Shown here one piece after another: positions 16,890-26,706 of a DNA stretch of 41,485 nt. Numbering within the stretch: position 1 is the first letter of the stretch; every line of letters starts with the position of its first letter. A model generated the notes under the pieces. The model was not told where the DNA came from. It saw nothing but the letters and a program-made list of their open reading frames with translations, and ran no database searches. The DNA is from a virus (Duplodnaviria; Caudoviricetes). Position numbers and translations under genes: made by a program. The stretch covers positions 1 through 41,485 of IMG/VR virus record IMGVR_UViG_3300049208_000060; one strand, 5' to 3'.

Positions 16890-16908
16890 GTTTTCTGGAG
16901 ACTGCTTC

Positions 16909-17904
16909 ATGGCTGACATTCAAATCTTCAACGACGAGGCGTTTTCGGTGTCCTCGTTGACCGCCGCCATCAACGAACAGGAATACGTACCTGGGCGCAT
17001 CGGTAGCCTCGGACTGTTTCAGGAAGAGGGCATCACCACCCTGACGGTGCAGATCGAAAAAGACGGCGATACCCTTGCCTTAGTACCGGCCGGCGAGCGT
17101 GGAACGTCCGGCCTCGTTGTGTCGGGCAGCAAGCGCAACCTGATCCCGTTCAACACCGTGCACCTGCCGGAACGCTTCACCATCAAGGCTGACGAGATTC
17201 AGGGCATTCGGGCTTTCGGTACGCGCTCCGAGCTTCAGTCGGTGCAGGACGTGGTAAACAAGCGCCTGGCCAAGGCACGCCGTCAGTTGGACGTCACTCA
17301 CGAGTTTCAGCGCCTTGGTGCGTTGAACGGCAAGATCTATGACGCTGACGGCAAGACCGTGTTGCTTGATCTTTATGAGCGTTTTGGCGTTAAACGGAAG
17401 ACCTTGTCGATGGGCTTTGGAGGCTCGGACGAGGACTTCCGTATCAAGTGTGGTGATGCCCTGGATTTGCAGGAAGACGCTCTGGGAAGCGTTACCCGCA
17501 ATGGTTCGCGAGCGTTCTGTGGCAAGAACTTCTGGAACGCAATGTTGAAGCTTAAAGAAGTGAAGGCGACTTACCTGAACACCCAGCAGGCGGCATCGCT
17601 GCGCGGTGACGCACGTGAAAGCTTCGATTACGGGGGCATCACCTGGGAGCGTTACCGCGGCAAGATCGCCGGCATCACTTTTGTGCACGACGACAAAGCA
17701 CTGCTGATTCCCGAAGGCGTTCCGGACCTGTACATCTCGGTGTTCGCCCCCGCCGACTACATGGAAACGGTCAACACCGAAGGCGTGCCGTACTACAGCA
17801 AGATCGAACCGTTGCCGTTCAACAAGGGTATGGCCGGCGAAGCGCAGTCCAACCCGTTGCACATGTGCACCCGGCCACTGGCGCAGATCCTGCTGGAGAT
17901 GTAG
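16909..17904 (+). CDS. Major capsid protein (lambda gpE-like)
   Basis: FSVSSLTAAIN, FAPADYMETVNT, EAQSNPL. Confidence 0.93.
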   Translation: MADIQIFNDEAFSVSSLTAAINEQEYVPGRIGSLGLFQEEGITTLTVQIEKDGDTLALVPAGERGTSGLVVSGSKRNLIPFNTVHLPERFTIKADEIQGIRAFGTRSELQSVQDVVNKRLAKARRQLDVTHEFQRLGALNGKIYDADGKTVLLDLYERFGVKRKTLSMGFGGSDEDFRIKCGDALDLQEDALGSVTRNGSRAFCGKNFWNAMLKLKEVKATYLNTQQAASLRGDARESFDYGGITWERYRGKIAGITFVHDDKALLIPEGVPDLYISVFAPADYMETVNTEGVPYYSKIEPLPFNKGMAGEAQSNPLHMCTRPLAQILLEM

Positions 17905-17906
17905 TC

Positions 17907-18227
17907 ATGGGCATTCGCGAGCTGATGACTGATGTTGACGACATCGTTTTCGAGACACTGGGTGACAGCGCGCGGATCGAAGGTCGCGAAGAGCCAGTGT
18001 TCGGCATGTTTGCCGCGCCCTGGCTGCAACCCAAGTTCGGCAAGCTCAACACCGGGTTGCGCGAGCCTCGCTTCGAGATCCGCGTCAGCGATTCGCAAGG
18101 ACTGGAACAGGGCATGCTGGTCAGCGTTGACCTGCCTGCCTTGGATGGCGGCGGTGACTACGACCTGATTCAGCTTGAACCCAGCGGTGACGGCCTGGTC
18201 GCCCTGATTCTGAGGTTGCGGCCTTGA
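17907..18227 (+). CDS. Head-tail joining protein
   Basis: Position after capsid; 106 aa. Confidence 0.65.
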   Translation: MGIRELMTDVDDIVFETLGDSARIEGREEPVFGMFAAPWLQPKFGKLNTGLREPRFEIRVSDSQGLEQGMLVSVDLPALDGGGDYDLIQLEPSGDGLVALILRLRP

Positions 18228-18889
18228 GCGTCGGCAGCTATTTCAAACCCTCGGCCGGGGGCGGGATGATCTCCATCCAGTCCTCGGCCGCAGATTTTCA
18301 GGCGTTCCAGGACTTTGCCAAGGTGGTGCCGAAAGCGGCTGCGGCGGCGCATCGGCGCGCGATCAATAAGACATTGGGCTGGTTGCGCACGCACATTGCC
18401 CGAGCGGTCAGCCGGTCGGAGCGCATTGCTGTTGCAGCGGTGCGTCAGCGGTTGCGCAGCTATCCGGTTTCCGGCGGTGCCGCGAGCGGCAAACTGTGGT
18501 TCGGGTTGAACGCCATCGAATCCAGCCGGATCGGCCGGGCGCGGCAAAGCGGCAGCGGCGTGTCAGTAGCGGGGCGGCGTTACCAAGGGGCTTTCCTCAA
18601 GAAGGTCTACGGCAACAAGCCCGACATCTGGATCCGCACAGCCAGCAAGCATTTCAACGCGGATGACTACCCCGACAGCACGGTGTCACCTGGTCGCGGG
18701 CCGAGTTCGGGTTGGGTCGCCGAAAACGGCAGTCGTTTCCCGCTGGCCAAGGCCAAGGTATCGCTGGAGCAAGCCCGGCCGCACTTCGACAGCTGGGTCA
18801 AAAAGGCGGATGAGCGCCTGCTGGAGATCCTCAAACAGGAACTCAACTTTGAGCTGCAGAAATACCTCAAGAGAATCGGCAATGTCTGA
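18224..18889 (+). CDS. Minor tail/neck protein (gpZ-like)
   Basis: RRAINKTL..LRT motif; basic protein; position. Confidence 0.7.
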   Translation: MSVGSYFKPSAGGGMISIQSSAADFQAFQDFAKVVPKAAAAAHRRAINKTLGWLRTHIARAVSRSERIAVAAVRQRLRSYPVSGGAASGKLWFGLNAIESSRIGRARQSGSGVSVAGRRYQGAFLKKVYGNKPDIWIRTASKHFNADDYPDSTVSPGRGPSSGWVAENGSRFPLAKAKVSLEQARPHFDSWVKKADERLLEILKQELNFELQKYLKRIGNV

Positions 18890-19394
18890 CGAACCCTTCA
18901 GTTTGGACCAGCTTTATCGGGCGGTAGAACAGCATCTGCGTACCCACTTGCCTGGCGTGCAGGCCGTCACGGCCTGGCCAGACATTAAGGATCGCGTGCT
19001 GTTGCCAGCGGTCTTCCTTGAGGTGGCTGAGATCGAGCCGGGTACCGATATCGGCACCGGCGAAACCTCGCTGGTTTGCAAGTTCGAGGCTCGGATCATC
19101 GTTGACCCGATCAAGCCGCACCATCATCAACAGGCCGTGCAATTGGCGACCCAGTTGGCAGTGCTGCTGCGCGCGCAGACTTGGGGGTTGGCAGTTGAAC
19201 CCGCCGAGTTTGTGCAATCGCTGCAGGACTGGACCCAGCCGCACCTGGATGGATACACGGTGTGGCTGGTGGAGTGGACTCAGCAGGTTTATCTCGGCGT
19301 TGAGGAATGGCCGTGGTTGGACGAACCGCCGGGAACCTTGGTCCTGGACATTGATCCGGGTGATGGGCCATTCAAGCCCGAGGATCTGCCATGA
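18882..19394 (+). CDS. Tail completion/terminator-like protein
   Basis: LPAVFLE, WLVEWTQQVYLG; overlaps both neighbours. Confidence 0.7.
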   Translation: MSDEPFSLDQLYRAVEQHLRTHLPGVQAVTAWPDIKDRVLLPAVFLEVAEIEPGTDIGTGETSLVCKFEARIIVDPIKPHHHQQAVQLATQLAVLLRAQTWGLAVEPAEFVQSLQDWTQPHLDGYTVWLVEWTQQVYLGVEEWPWLDEPPGTLVLDIDPGDGPFKPEDLP

Positions 19395-19957
19395 GTTATG
19401 CCAGCGCCCAACATGACCGCATGATCGCGGGGGCGGTAAAGGCTTGCTACGTGGTCGCGGTGGATCTGTCCGCTTCGCCGCCGGTCTGTCGCGTGTCGGA
19501 TGGCAGTGAATGGGTTAGCGCTTGGGTGCGCTGGCATAGCATCGCCGCCGGCAAGGCCAGGCACTGGCGGGCTCCGTCGTTGGGCGAACAGGGCAGTTTG
19601 ATCAGTCCCAGCGGTGACGTGTCGCAAGGCACGTTTGTCCCGGGCCTGTATGGCAATGCCGGACCGCCGCCGGACAACCGCGACCATGTCGAGGTCTGGC
19701 GTTTCGATGATGGCGGCTCGCTGATCTACGACTGGCAGGCCAAGAGCTACAGCATCACCCTGCCGAGCGGCACGGTCAGCATCAAAGTGGCCAGCACGGA
19801 AGCGGTTGTAACCGATAGCGCCGTGAGCGTGACCACCGGCAACATCAACCTGAAAGCGGCGGTGATGATCGAAGGTGCGCTGCACGTCACCAAGGGCATC
19901 ACCAGCGCCGGCGCGATCATTGATGCCACCGGAAACAGCAATCACCACACGCATTAA
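19391..19957 (+). CDS. Baseplate assembly protein V (spike)
   Basis: WRAPSLGEQ, FDDGGSLIYD, C-terminal HHTH metal-binding motif. Confidence 0.92.
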   Translation: MSYASAQHDRMIAGAVKACYVVAVDLSASPPVCRVSDGSEWVSAWVRWHSIAAGKARHWRAPSLGEQGSLISPSGDVSQGTFVPGLYGNAGPPPDNRDHVEVWRFDDGGSLIYDWQAKSYSITLPSGTVSIKVASTEAVVTDSAVSVTTGNINLKAAVMIEGALHVTKGITSAGAIIDATGNSNHHTH

Positions 19958-19970
19958 TTTCAACTCACCA

Positions 19971-19994
19971 CAGCCCGCCAAGTGCGGGCTTTTT
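19971..19994 (+). terminator. Terminator-like hairpin after spike gene
   Basis: AGCCCGC-caagt-GCGGGCT plus T-run. Confidence 0.6.
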
Positions 19995-20011
19995 CATGCC
20001 TGGAGAACCAC

Positions 20012-20260
20012 ATGGCCAAGATCGATACGACCTCAACCGATGCGCAAACATCCCCGGAACCGGCACTGTCGTCCTCAACTTACTCATCGTCTGAGTTCTT
20101 GAAATTCCGCGACAAGCTCTACACGTCGCGACTGTTGATCGTGCCGGGCACAGACCGTTCCTATCCGGTCGACAAGGCGACGGTCTTGGTGCCGGCCTCC
20201 GACATCGAGGCTGTCAAGTTCCTGAAAGCCAGCGAAGAATACGAGCCGTTCAAGGAGTGA
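20012..20260 (+). CDS. Small hypothetical tail-region protein
   Basis: GGAG RBS; FRDKLYTSRLL ORF in operon. Confidence 0.65.
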   Translation: MAKIDTTSTDAQTSPEPALSSSTYSSSEFLKFRDKLYTSRLLIVPGTDRSYPVDKATVLVPASDIEAVKFLKASEEYEPFKE

Positions 20261-20265
20261 CATCG

Positions 20266-20592
20266 ATGATCGGAATGGATCGCCAGACCGGCCTACCCAT
20301 ATCCGGCATCGAGCACCTGCGCCAATCCATTGCCGACATTTTGAGCACACCGCTGGGCAGTCGTCGGCACCGTATGGAATACGGCAGCAAGCTGCGGCGG
20401 TTTGTCGATTTGCCTATCAACGAAGGCTGGAAAAGCGCCGTACAGGCTGAGGTCGCCCGCACTCTAGGGCGCTGGGAGCCGCGTTTGAAGTTGGATCAGG
20501 TGCGCGTTATTTCCGTCATTGGCGGGCAAATCAATCTGCAAATCGTCGGGAAGTACCTGGGCGACAGCGTCACGTTGGAGGTGGCCGCATGA
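20266..20592 (+). CDS. Baseplate protein W (gp25 family)
   Basis: HLRQSIADILSTPLGSR...YGS...RWEPR. Confidence 0.93.
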   Translation: MIGMDRQTGLPISGIEHLRQSIADILSTPLGSRRHRMEYGSKLRRFVDLPINEGWKSAVQAEVARTLGRWEPRLKLDQVRVISVIGGQINLQIVGKYLGDSVTLEVAA

Positions 20593-21470
20593 GTACCGTA
20601 GATCTGTCGTCGCTGCCAGCGCCGACCGTGCTGGAGCCTCTGGACTTCGAGGAGGTTTACCAGGACGGGCTGAGCGTGTTTCGCGGGTACATGGGCGGTA
20701 ACTGGACGGCCGCCCTGGAAAGCGATCCAGTGGTCAAAGTGCTTGAGGTCGGGGCTTACAACAAGGTCGGCAATCGCGCCCGAGTCAATGATGCCGGCAA
20801 GGCGCTGTTACTGGCTCATGCCATTCGCGGCGACCTCGATCACTTGGGGGCCAACGTTAATCTGAAGCGCCTGGTCATTCAGGCCGAGGATTTGCTGGCA
20901 GTGCCACCGGTACCCAAGGTCATGGAAGACGACGATCCGTTTCGCGAGCGTATTCAGTTGGCCTATGAGGGGTTGACCACGGCAGGCCCGCGTAACAGCT
21001 ACATCCTTCATGCACGCAATGCCTCAGGGCTCGTGGCAGATGCCACGGCCGAAAGCCCGAAGCCCTGTTACGTCACGGTCACGGTGCTGGGGTTGGATGG
21101 GGAAGGTGAAGCGCCGCCGGAACTGCTGGCCACTGTAGCCGCTGCGCTGAATGACGATGACGTCCGCCCGGTTGGAGATCGGGTGACTGTGCAGAGCGCG
21201 CAGGTGATCCGTTACGAGATCGACGCCATTTTGCATATGGCCAGCGCCGGCCCGGAAGCCGATGCCAGTTTGGCCGAGGCGAAAAGCCGCCTAGCTGCCT
21301 GGATCAATCCACGCAAGCGGCTGGGCGTCGAGGTCGCCCGCTCGGCTGTTGACGCCCAGTTGCACGTTGCCGGCGTTGCCCGAGTTGAGTTGGTCGGATG
21401 GCAGGATCTGGCCCCGACCAAGGCGCAGGCGGCGTTCTGTACGCGCTATAACGTGAGGCTGGCGGGCTGA
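20589..21470 (+). CDS. Baseplate J protein
   Basis: DLSSLPAP, ESDP, TAGP..SY..HA, VRPVGDRVTV. Confidence 0.93.
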   Translation: MSTVDLSSLPAPTVLEPLDFEEVYQDGLSVFRGYMGGNWTAALESDPVVKVLEVGAYNKVGNRARVNDAGKALLLAHAIRGDLDHLGANVNLKRLVIQAEDLLAVPPVPKVMEDDDPFRERIQLAYEGLTTAGPRNSYILHARNASGLVADATAESPKPCYVTVTVLGLDGEGEAPPELLATVAAALNDDDVRPVGDRVTVQSAQVIRYEIDAILHMASAGPEADASLAEAKSRLAAWINPRKRLGVEVARSAVDAQLHVAGVARVELVGWQDLAPTKAQAAFCTRYNVRLAG

Positions 21471-21471
21471 T

Positions 21472-22080
21472 ATGAAGAGTCTACTGCCGCTCAACAGCAC
21501 GCAACTGGAACGGGCCATGGAGGCCGCGTTCTTCGAAAAAACGATTGTCCCGCTGCGCGACCTTTACAACGCCGATACCTGCCCGGTGCATTTACTGCCG
21601 CACCTGGCATGGGCATGGTCGGTGGATCGCTGGGATTACCGGTGGACTGAGGCGACCAAACGCGCGGCCATCAAGGCCTCGTACTACATCCACAAGCACA
21701 AAGGCACCATCGGCGCGTTGCGCCGCGTGGTCGAACCGCTGGGCTATCTGATCGAGATTGTCGAGTGGTTCCAGACCGTGCCCGAGGGCGTGCCGGGCAC
21801 CTTCGCGCTGAAGGTCGGGGTGCTGGATACCGGCATCACCGAAGAAATGTATCAGGAGCTTGAGCGCCTGATTGACGATGCCAAGCCGGTCACCCGGCAA
21901 CTGACCGGGCTGGCGATCAGCCTGGAAACTCAAGGCAATTTAAATATCGCCGTGTCCCTCTACGAAGGCGACGAAATCGACGTTTACCCGCCGGTAATGC
22001 GTGACATCGAGGTCACGGGCCGCTTCGGCGTGGTCGGGCGCGAACACTCCATAGACACCCTGGACGTTTACCATGATTGA
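21472..22080 (+). CDS. P2-type tail protein I
   Basis: SLLPLNST.LE, LPHLAWAWSVDRW, HKHKGT. Confidence 0.93.
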   Translation: MKSLLPLNSTQLERAMEAAFFEKTIVPLRDLYNADTCPVHLLPHLAWAWSVDRWDYRWTEATKRAAIKASYYIHKHKGTIGALRRVVEPLGYLIEIVEWFQTVPEGVPGTFALKVGVLDTGITEEMYQELERLIDDAKPVTRQLTGLAISLETQGNLNIAVSLYEGDEIDVYPPVMRDIEVTGRFGVVGREHSIDTLDVYHD

Positions 22081-23647
22081 TGCGAACTCCCAGTTTTTCG
22101 CCATCCTCACGAACGTGGGAATGGCCAAACAGGCGAACGCCGACGCGCTCGGCATTCCCTGGAAGATCACCGAAATGGGGGTGGGTGATGCCAACAACAC
22201 CGACCCGATCCCCAATGCCTCGCAAACCACGCTGATCAATGAATGGCGGCGCCGGCCACTGAATCAGCTCAAGATTGACCCGATCAACCCGGCGGTACTG
22301 ATCGCCGAGCAGGTTATCCCGGCGGACGAGGGCGGGAAGTGGATTCGCGAAATCGGCCTGTACGACGCGGACGGGGATCTGGTCGCAGTGGCCAACTGCG
22401 CGCCGAGCTTCAAGCCGATCCTGTCGCAAGGCTCGGGCCGCACGCAAATCGTGCGGATGAACTTCATCGTCACCAGCACCGGCAACATCACGCTCAAGAT
22501 CGATCCGTCGATTGTGCTGGCCTCGCGCGCCTACGTCGACGCGGCCATTCTGGAAGTGCTGCCGAAGAACAAGGCGCCCGGCGAATACACGCGAGTCAAG
22601 ACCAACGATCGGGGGATTGTGGTGTCGGGTGATAACCCGAGCACGTTGGCCGGAATGGGCATCACGGACAGTTACACCAAGGCTCAAATCGAGGCGATGA
22701 TTGCGCAGGCCTCGGCGTTACCGGTGGGGGCCACGGTGGCGTTTCCATTGGATAAGGTCGCTCCCGGGTTTCTGGAGCTGGACGGCAGCGTCAAGAGCAT
22801 TGCGGCGTACCCGGATCTGGCAACGTTCCTCGGCACGGCCTTCAACAAGGGCGATGAGGGCGCCGGTAACTTCCGCCTGCCGGAATCGCGCGGCGAGTTC
22901 CTGCGTGGTTGGGACCATGAGCGAGGCGTGGATGTTGGACGAGCGGTCGGCAGTTACCAGCTTGACGCGCTCCAGAACATCACTGGTCAGTGGTCGGCGT
23001 TTCAAGCTACATCCGTTGGTCAGTCACATTCGGGAGCATTCCAAGGCAATGGTACTTACCCCTTCCCGGGGCCAACAGGTCCGATAGTAAACGGCTCACA
23101 ATACGTCACTTTCGACGCCAGTCGGGTAGCGCGGACTGCGGCCGAGACGCGCCCGCGCAGCTTGGCAGTCGTGTGGTGCATCAAGGCCTGGAACGCGCCG
23201 ATCAATCAGGGAAACATCGACATTGCGGCGCTCGCGGCTTTGGCGACGCAGGCCACGGAAATCAAGCTAGGTACGGCAAAGATTGCGACCCAGGCGCAGA
23301 CCGAAGCCGGTACTGACGACGCAACGATTGTCACTCCGAAGAAGCTTCTTTTTGGATTCTCTATTCTTCTGGCGGCCATTGGTTACATCGTGTTCCCCAA
23401 GTGGCTCGGCGGATTAAAAATTCAATGGGGTACTCAGGCTCTAAACGGCGTAGTAAGTGGGACAGTCACGTTCCCGCTGGCTTTTGACGTCGCCGCCTAC
23501 TACTTCAACCCAATCAAGCAATCGAACGATGGTCGACGAGTTGCTGCAATGGGCCCGACAAAACTCAATGTGGCTGTTTACGGGTGGGGTTCGACCGGCA
23601 CAGCAGCAATGATCGACACGTTTAGCTGGCTGGCAGTGGGGATTTAA
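22073..23647 (+). CDS. Tail fibre protein (P2 gpH-like N-terminus, collar domain, gp53-like C-terminus)
   Basis: GGKWIREIGL, GSGRTQ, FRLPESRGEFLRGWD, ETRPR, GLKIQWG. Confidence 0.92.
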   Translation: MIDANSQFFAILTNVGMAKQANADALGIPWKITEMGVGDANNTDPIPNASQTTLINEWRRRPLNQLKIDPINPAVLIAEQVIPADEGGKWIREIGLYDADGDLVAVANCAPSFKPILSQGSGRTQIVRMNFIVTSTGNITLKIDPSIVLASRAYVDAAILEVLPKNKAPGEYTRVKTNDRGIVVSGDNPSTLAGMGITDSYTKAQIEAMIAQASALPVGATVAFPLDKVAPGFLELDGSVKSIAAYPDLATFLGTAFNKGDEGAGNFRLPESRGEFLRGWDHERGVDVGRAVGSYQLDALQNITGQWSAFQATSVGQSHSGAFQGNGTYPFPGPTGPIVNGSQYVTFDASRVARTAAETRPRSLAVVWCIKAWNAPINQGNIDIAALAALATQATEIKLGTAKIATQAQTEAGTDDATIVTPKKLLFGFSILLAAIGYIVFPKWLGGLKIQWGTQALNGVVSGTVTFPLAFDVAAYYFNPIKQSNDGRRVAAMGPTKLNVAVYGWGSTGTAAMIDTFSWLAVGI

Positions 23648-23649
23648 CG

Positions 23650-24195
23650 ATGAAATATGCAACGTTTGACGAATCCGGATCCCTTCTTGGCCGTTATGAC
23701 TCGTTTGTTCACCGAGCCATCCCGGATGATGCTGTCGAGATTCCAGAAAATGTGTACTTCCAAACGATTCGGGAAACTGACGGTGTTTGGCGAATGGTTG
23801 ATGGTGAGCTGATCAAGGAACCATTTCCCAAAATCCTACCGGCCTATGCGCAGTTGGTGGCCGCTGAGCGCTTCAAGCGCGAAGCAATTGGCGTAGAGGT
23901 CGAGTGTATGCAGATCGAAACGACTCGCGACAGCCAGGCGCTTATTGCGAGTACCGGATTGTCCGCCGTCCTCGATCCCGACTACCGCTGCAACTTCAAG
24001 ACGGTGACCGGCTTTGTCGAGATCGGATCGGCGCAGATTATCGCCATCGCCAAGGCTGTTCGGGCGCATGTGCAAGCCTGCTTTGACCGTGAGCTCACGC
24101 TGTTGCGCGCGATTGAGGCCGGCGAGTATCACGACGACATGCTGACGCAAGGCTGGCCGGATTCCTCACCACCTGAGCCGGTAGAGCTGCAATAA
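23650..24195 (+). CDS. Tail fibre assembly protein (DUF4376-like)
   Basis: IPDDAVEI; TTRDSQ...HVQACFDRE. Confidence 0.8.
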   Translation: MKYATFDESGSLLGRYDSFVHRAIPDDAVEIPENVYFQTIRETDGVWRMVDGELIKEPFPKILPAYAQLVAAERFKREAIGVEVECMQIETTRDSQALIASTGLSAVLDPDYRCNFKTVTGFVEIGSAQIIAIAKAVRAHVQACFDRELTLLRAIEAGEYHDDMLTQGWPDSSPPEPVELQ

Positions 24196-24225
24196 ACGCC
24201 CCGCACTGACGGGGCGTTTTCTTTT
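24194..24225 (+). terminator. Terminator after tail fibre assembly gene
   Basis: AAACGCCCCG-cactga-CGGGGCGTTT plus T-rich tail. Confidence 0.7.
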
Positions 24226-24298
24226 CCGTTACGCATTACACGAACACCCTCACAGCCTCGCTAATGCGGAGCTTTTTAGTTTCTGGAGACTGACCCTT

Positions 24299-25465
24299 AT
24301 GAGTTTTTTCCACGGCGTCACGACCACGTCGGTCGACACTGGCGCACGCACCATCTCGCTGCCGTCGTCGTCGATTATCGGTCTGTGTGACACCTTCACC
24401 CCGGGCGGCCTCGGCGGCGGTACGGCCAAGGCCGGCGAACTGAAGTTGATCACCACCGAGCGCGAAGCCATCGCCGCCTTCGGCGCAGATTCGGCGATCA
24501 CCAAGGCCTGTCAGGCTATTTACGTCAAAGCCAAGGCGGTGATCGTCGCCATTGGTGTGCCCAAACTGGAAGACGCCGCGCTGCAGACCTCGGCGATCAT
24601 CGGCGGCGTTCTGGCCTCGGGTCAGCGCACCGGCTTGCAGGCACTGCTCGACGGTAAAAGCCTGTTCAACGCCCAGCCGCGTTTGTTGATCGCGCCGGGT
24701 CACACCGCGACGCAGGCGGTGGCCACGGCGCTCGATAGCTTGGCGCAGAAACTGCGCGCCATTGGCATCATCGACGGCCCGGGCACGACCGACGAGGCCG
24801 CCATGGCCTACGCCGATAACTTCGGCAGTCGCAACCTGTTCATGGTCGACCCGGGCGTCAAGTATTGGGACACCATCACCAGCAAGACCGTCGACGCGCC
24901 CGGTTCGGCTTGGGCGGCGGGGCTGTTTGCCTGGACGGATGCTGAATACGGCTTCTGGGCTTCGCCATCGAACAAGGAGTTGACCGGCATCACCGGTACC
25001 GGTCGCGCGGTCGAGTACCTGGACGGCGACGAGACCTGCCGGGCCAACCTGCTCAACAACGCCAATATCACCACGATCATTCGCGACGACGGTTATCGAC
25101 TGTGGGGTAACCGCACGCTGTCGAGTGATCCGAAGTGGGCATTCGTTACCCGCGTTCGCACGTTGTTCATCCTCATGGACGCGGTGCAGGCGGGGCACAA
25201 GTGGGCGGTCGACCGCTCGATCACCAAGACCTACGTGACCGATGTCACCAACGGTCTGGATGCGTTCATGCGCGACCTGAAAGCTCAGGGCGCGATCATC
25301 AACTTTGAAGTCTTCCCCGACACCGAACTGAACACGGCCAGCCAGATCGCCCAGGGCAAAGTGTATTGGCGCATCCGTTTCACCGACGTGCCGCCGGCAG
25401 AAAACCCGAATTTCCTTTTCGAAGTCACCGATCAGTGGATGACCGAAGTGCTTGAAGCAGCCTAA
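24299..25465 (+). CDS. Tail sheath protein (P2 FI-like)
   Basis: FFHGVT, GFWASPSN, GYRLWGNRT, FVTRVRT. Confidence 0.95.
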   Translation: MSFFHGVTTTSVDTGARTISLPSSSIIGLCDTFTPGGLGGGTAKAGELKLITTEREAIAAFGADSAITKACQAIYVKAKAVIVAIGVPKLEDAALQTSAIIGGVLASGQRTGLQALLDGKSLFNAQPRLLIAPGHTATQAVATALDSLAQKLRAIGIIDGPGTTDEAAMAYADNFGSRNLFMVDPGVKYWDTITSKTVDAPGSAWAAGLFAWTDAEYGFWASPSNKELTGITGTGRAVEYLDGDETCRANLLNNANITTIIRDDGYRLWGNRTLSSDPKWAFVTRVRTLFILMDAVQAGHKWAVDRSITKTYVTDVTNGLDAFMRDLKAQGAIINFEVFPDTELNTASQIAQGKVYWRIRFTDVPPAENPNFLFEVTDQWMTEVLEAA

Positions 25466-25478
25466 GGGGGCGTAACCA

Positions 25479-25982
25479 ATGATTCCTCAGACTTTGTACA
25501 ACACCAACCTGTTCGTCGACGGCGTGAACTTCTCCGGCGACGTGCCGAGCCTGACGCTGCCCAAGCTGACCACCAAGACCGACGAATACCGTGGCGGCGG
25601 CATGGCCGGCCCCATCGAGATGGATCAGGGGCTTGAGAAAATGGAAGCCTCGTTTGTCACCAAGGGCGTGCGCCGCGAGTCGCTCAAATACTTCGGCCTG
25701 GCTGACGGCACGGCGTTCAACGCCACGTTCCGAGGTGCCTTCAAGGGCCAAAAGGGCGCGGTGACAGCGGTCGTTGCCACCCTGCGTGGTCGCCTCAAAG
25801 AGGTCGATCTTGGTGACTGGAAAGCGGGCGATGCTGCCGAGATCAAACACGCCGTTGCGGTCACGTACTACAAGCTCGAAATCGACGGGCGCCTGATGTA
25901 CGAGATCGACATGGTCGCCGGCATTCAGGTGATCGACGGCAAAGACCAACTCCTCGAAGTGCGCCAGGCGCTCGGCCTGTAA
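25479..25982 (+). CDS. Tail tube protein (P2 FII-like)
   Basis: LPKL...EYRGGGM, YYKLEIDG...EID. Confidence 0.95.
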   Translation: MIPQTLYNTNLFVDGVNFSGDVPSLTLPKLTTKTDEYRGGGMAGPIEMDQGLEKMEASFVTKGVRRESLKYFGLADGTAFNATFRGAFKGQKGAVTAVVATLRGRLKEVDLGDWKAGDAAEIKHAVAVTYYKLEIDGRLMYEIDMVAGIQVIDGKDQLLEVRQALGL

Positions 25983-25994
25983 GGAAAGATTCAG

Positions 25995-26594
25995 ATGACT
26001 CAAGCAATCGCTAAAAACCTGCCGGCCTGGCTGTCGCTCAGTGCGCTCGGCGCGGTCGTGACTCTGACCCGGCCAAGCAAAGCCAACAGCATCGACGTCG
26101 AGACGCTGAACCTGCGTAACCCGACCGTGCGTGAGGTGCGCGCAGCAGACCGTGCTGCCAACGGCGACGACGAACAGCGCGAGCTGATGCTGTTCGCAGG
26201 TCTCGCTGAAGTCGGACTGAAGGATCTGGAAGGCCTCAAGCTGACGGATTACCGCCGTGTGCAAACGGCATATTCGCACCTGGTACCGAAAACCGATTAT
26301 TCGGACTCGATGCCGGCGTGGTTGTCGCTGACCACCGATCAGGTGCTGGTAACGCTGTCGTGTCCGAGTGAAATCAACGGCGTGACCGTCGACAAGCTGG
26401 CCTTGCGTTCGCCGACCGTGGGCGACGTGCGTGCGGCCAACCGTGAAGTGGGTGGCGATGACGAACAGCGCGAGCTGGTGTTGTTTGCCGCGTTGTCCGG
26501 TGCGCCCGTCGCGGATCTGGAGGGGCTGAAGCTGGTGGATTTTAACCGCTTGCAGGCCGGCTATTTTCGCATGGACAACGATGACGGGCTTTAA
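25995..26594 (+). CDS. Tail assembly chaperone with two tandem copies of the domain
   Basis: PAWLSL...LR.PTV..VRAA.R...DDEQREL.LFA...DLEGLKL.D occurs twice. Confidence 0.88.
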   Translation: MTQAIAKNLPAWLSLSALGAVVTLTRPSKANSIDVETLNLRNPTVREVRAADRAANGDDEQRELMLFAGLAEVGLKDLEGLKLTDYRRVQTAYSHLVPKTDYSDSMPAWLSLTTDQVLVTLSCPSEINGVTVDKLALRSPTVGDVRAANREVGGDDEQRELVLFAALSGAPVADLEGLKLVDFNRLQAGYFRMDNDDGL

Positions 26595-26706
26595 CCCCAG
26601 CGTTATCAAGTCGGCGGCGAAACGTCTGGCGGCGGAAACCGGATTTTCCGCTGCCGAGATCCAGTCGATGCCGTTCGCGGATATGGTGTGGTGGCTCACG
26701 GATTGA
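26581..26706 (+). CDS. gpE'-like chaperone extension (+1 frame relative to the chaperone)
   Basis: Frame reads FNPSVIKSAAKRLAAETGFSAAEIQSMPFADMVWWLTD, matching the FS..EI..M....W pattern; not in the ORF track. Confidence 0.7.
   Translation: MTGFNPSVIKSAAKRLAAETGFSAAEIQSMPFADMVWWLTD

Noticed and set aside
22073-24195. Invertible tail fibre cassette or diversity-generating retroelement
   Set aside because: No second fibre tip, inverted crossover sites, invertase, reverse transcriptase or template repeat seen
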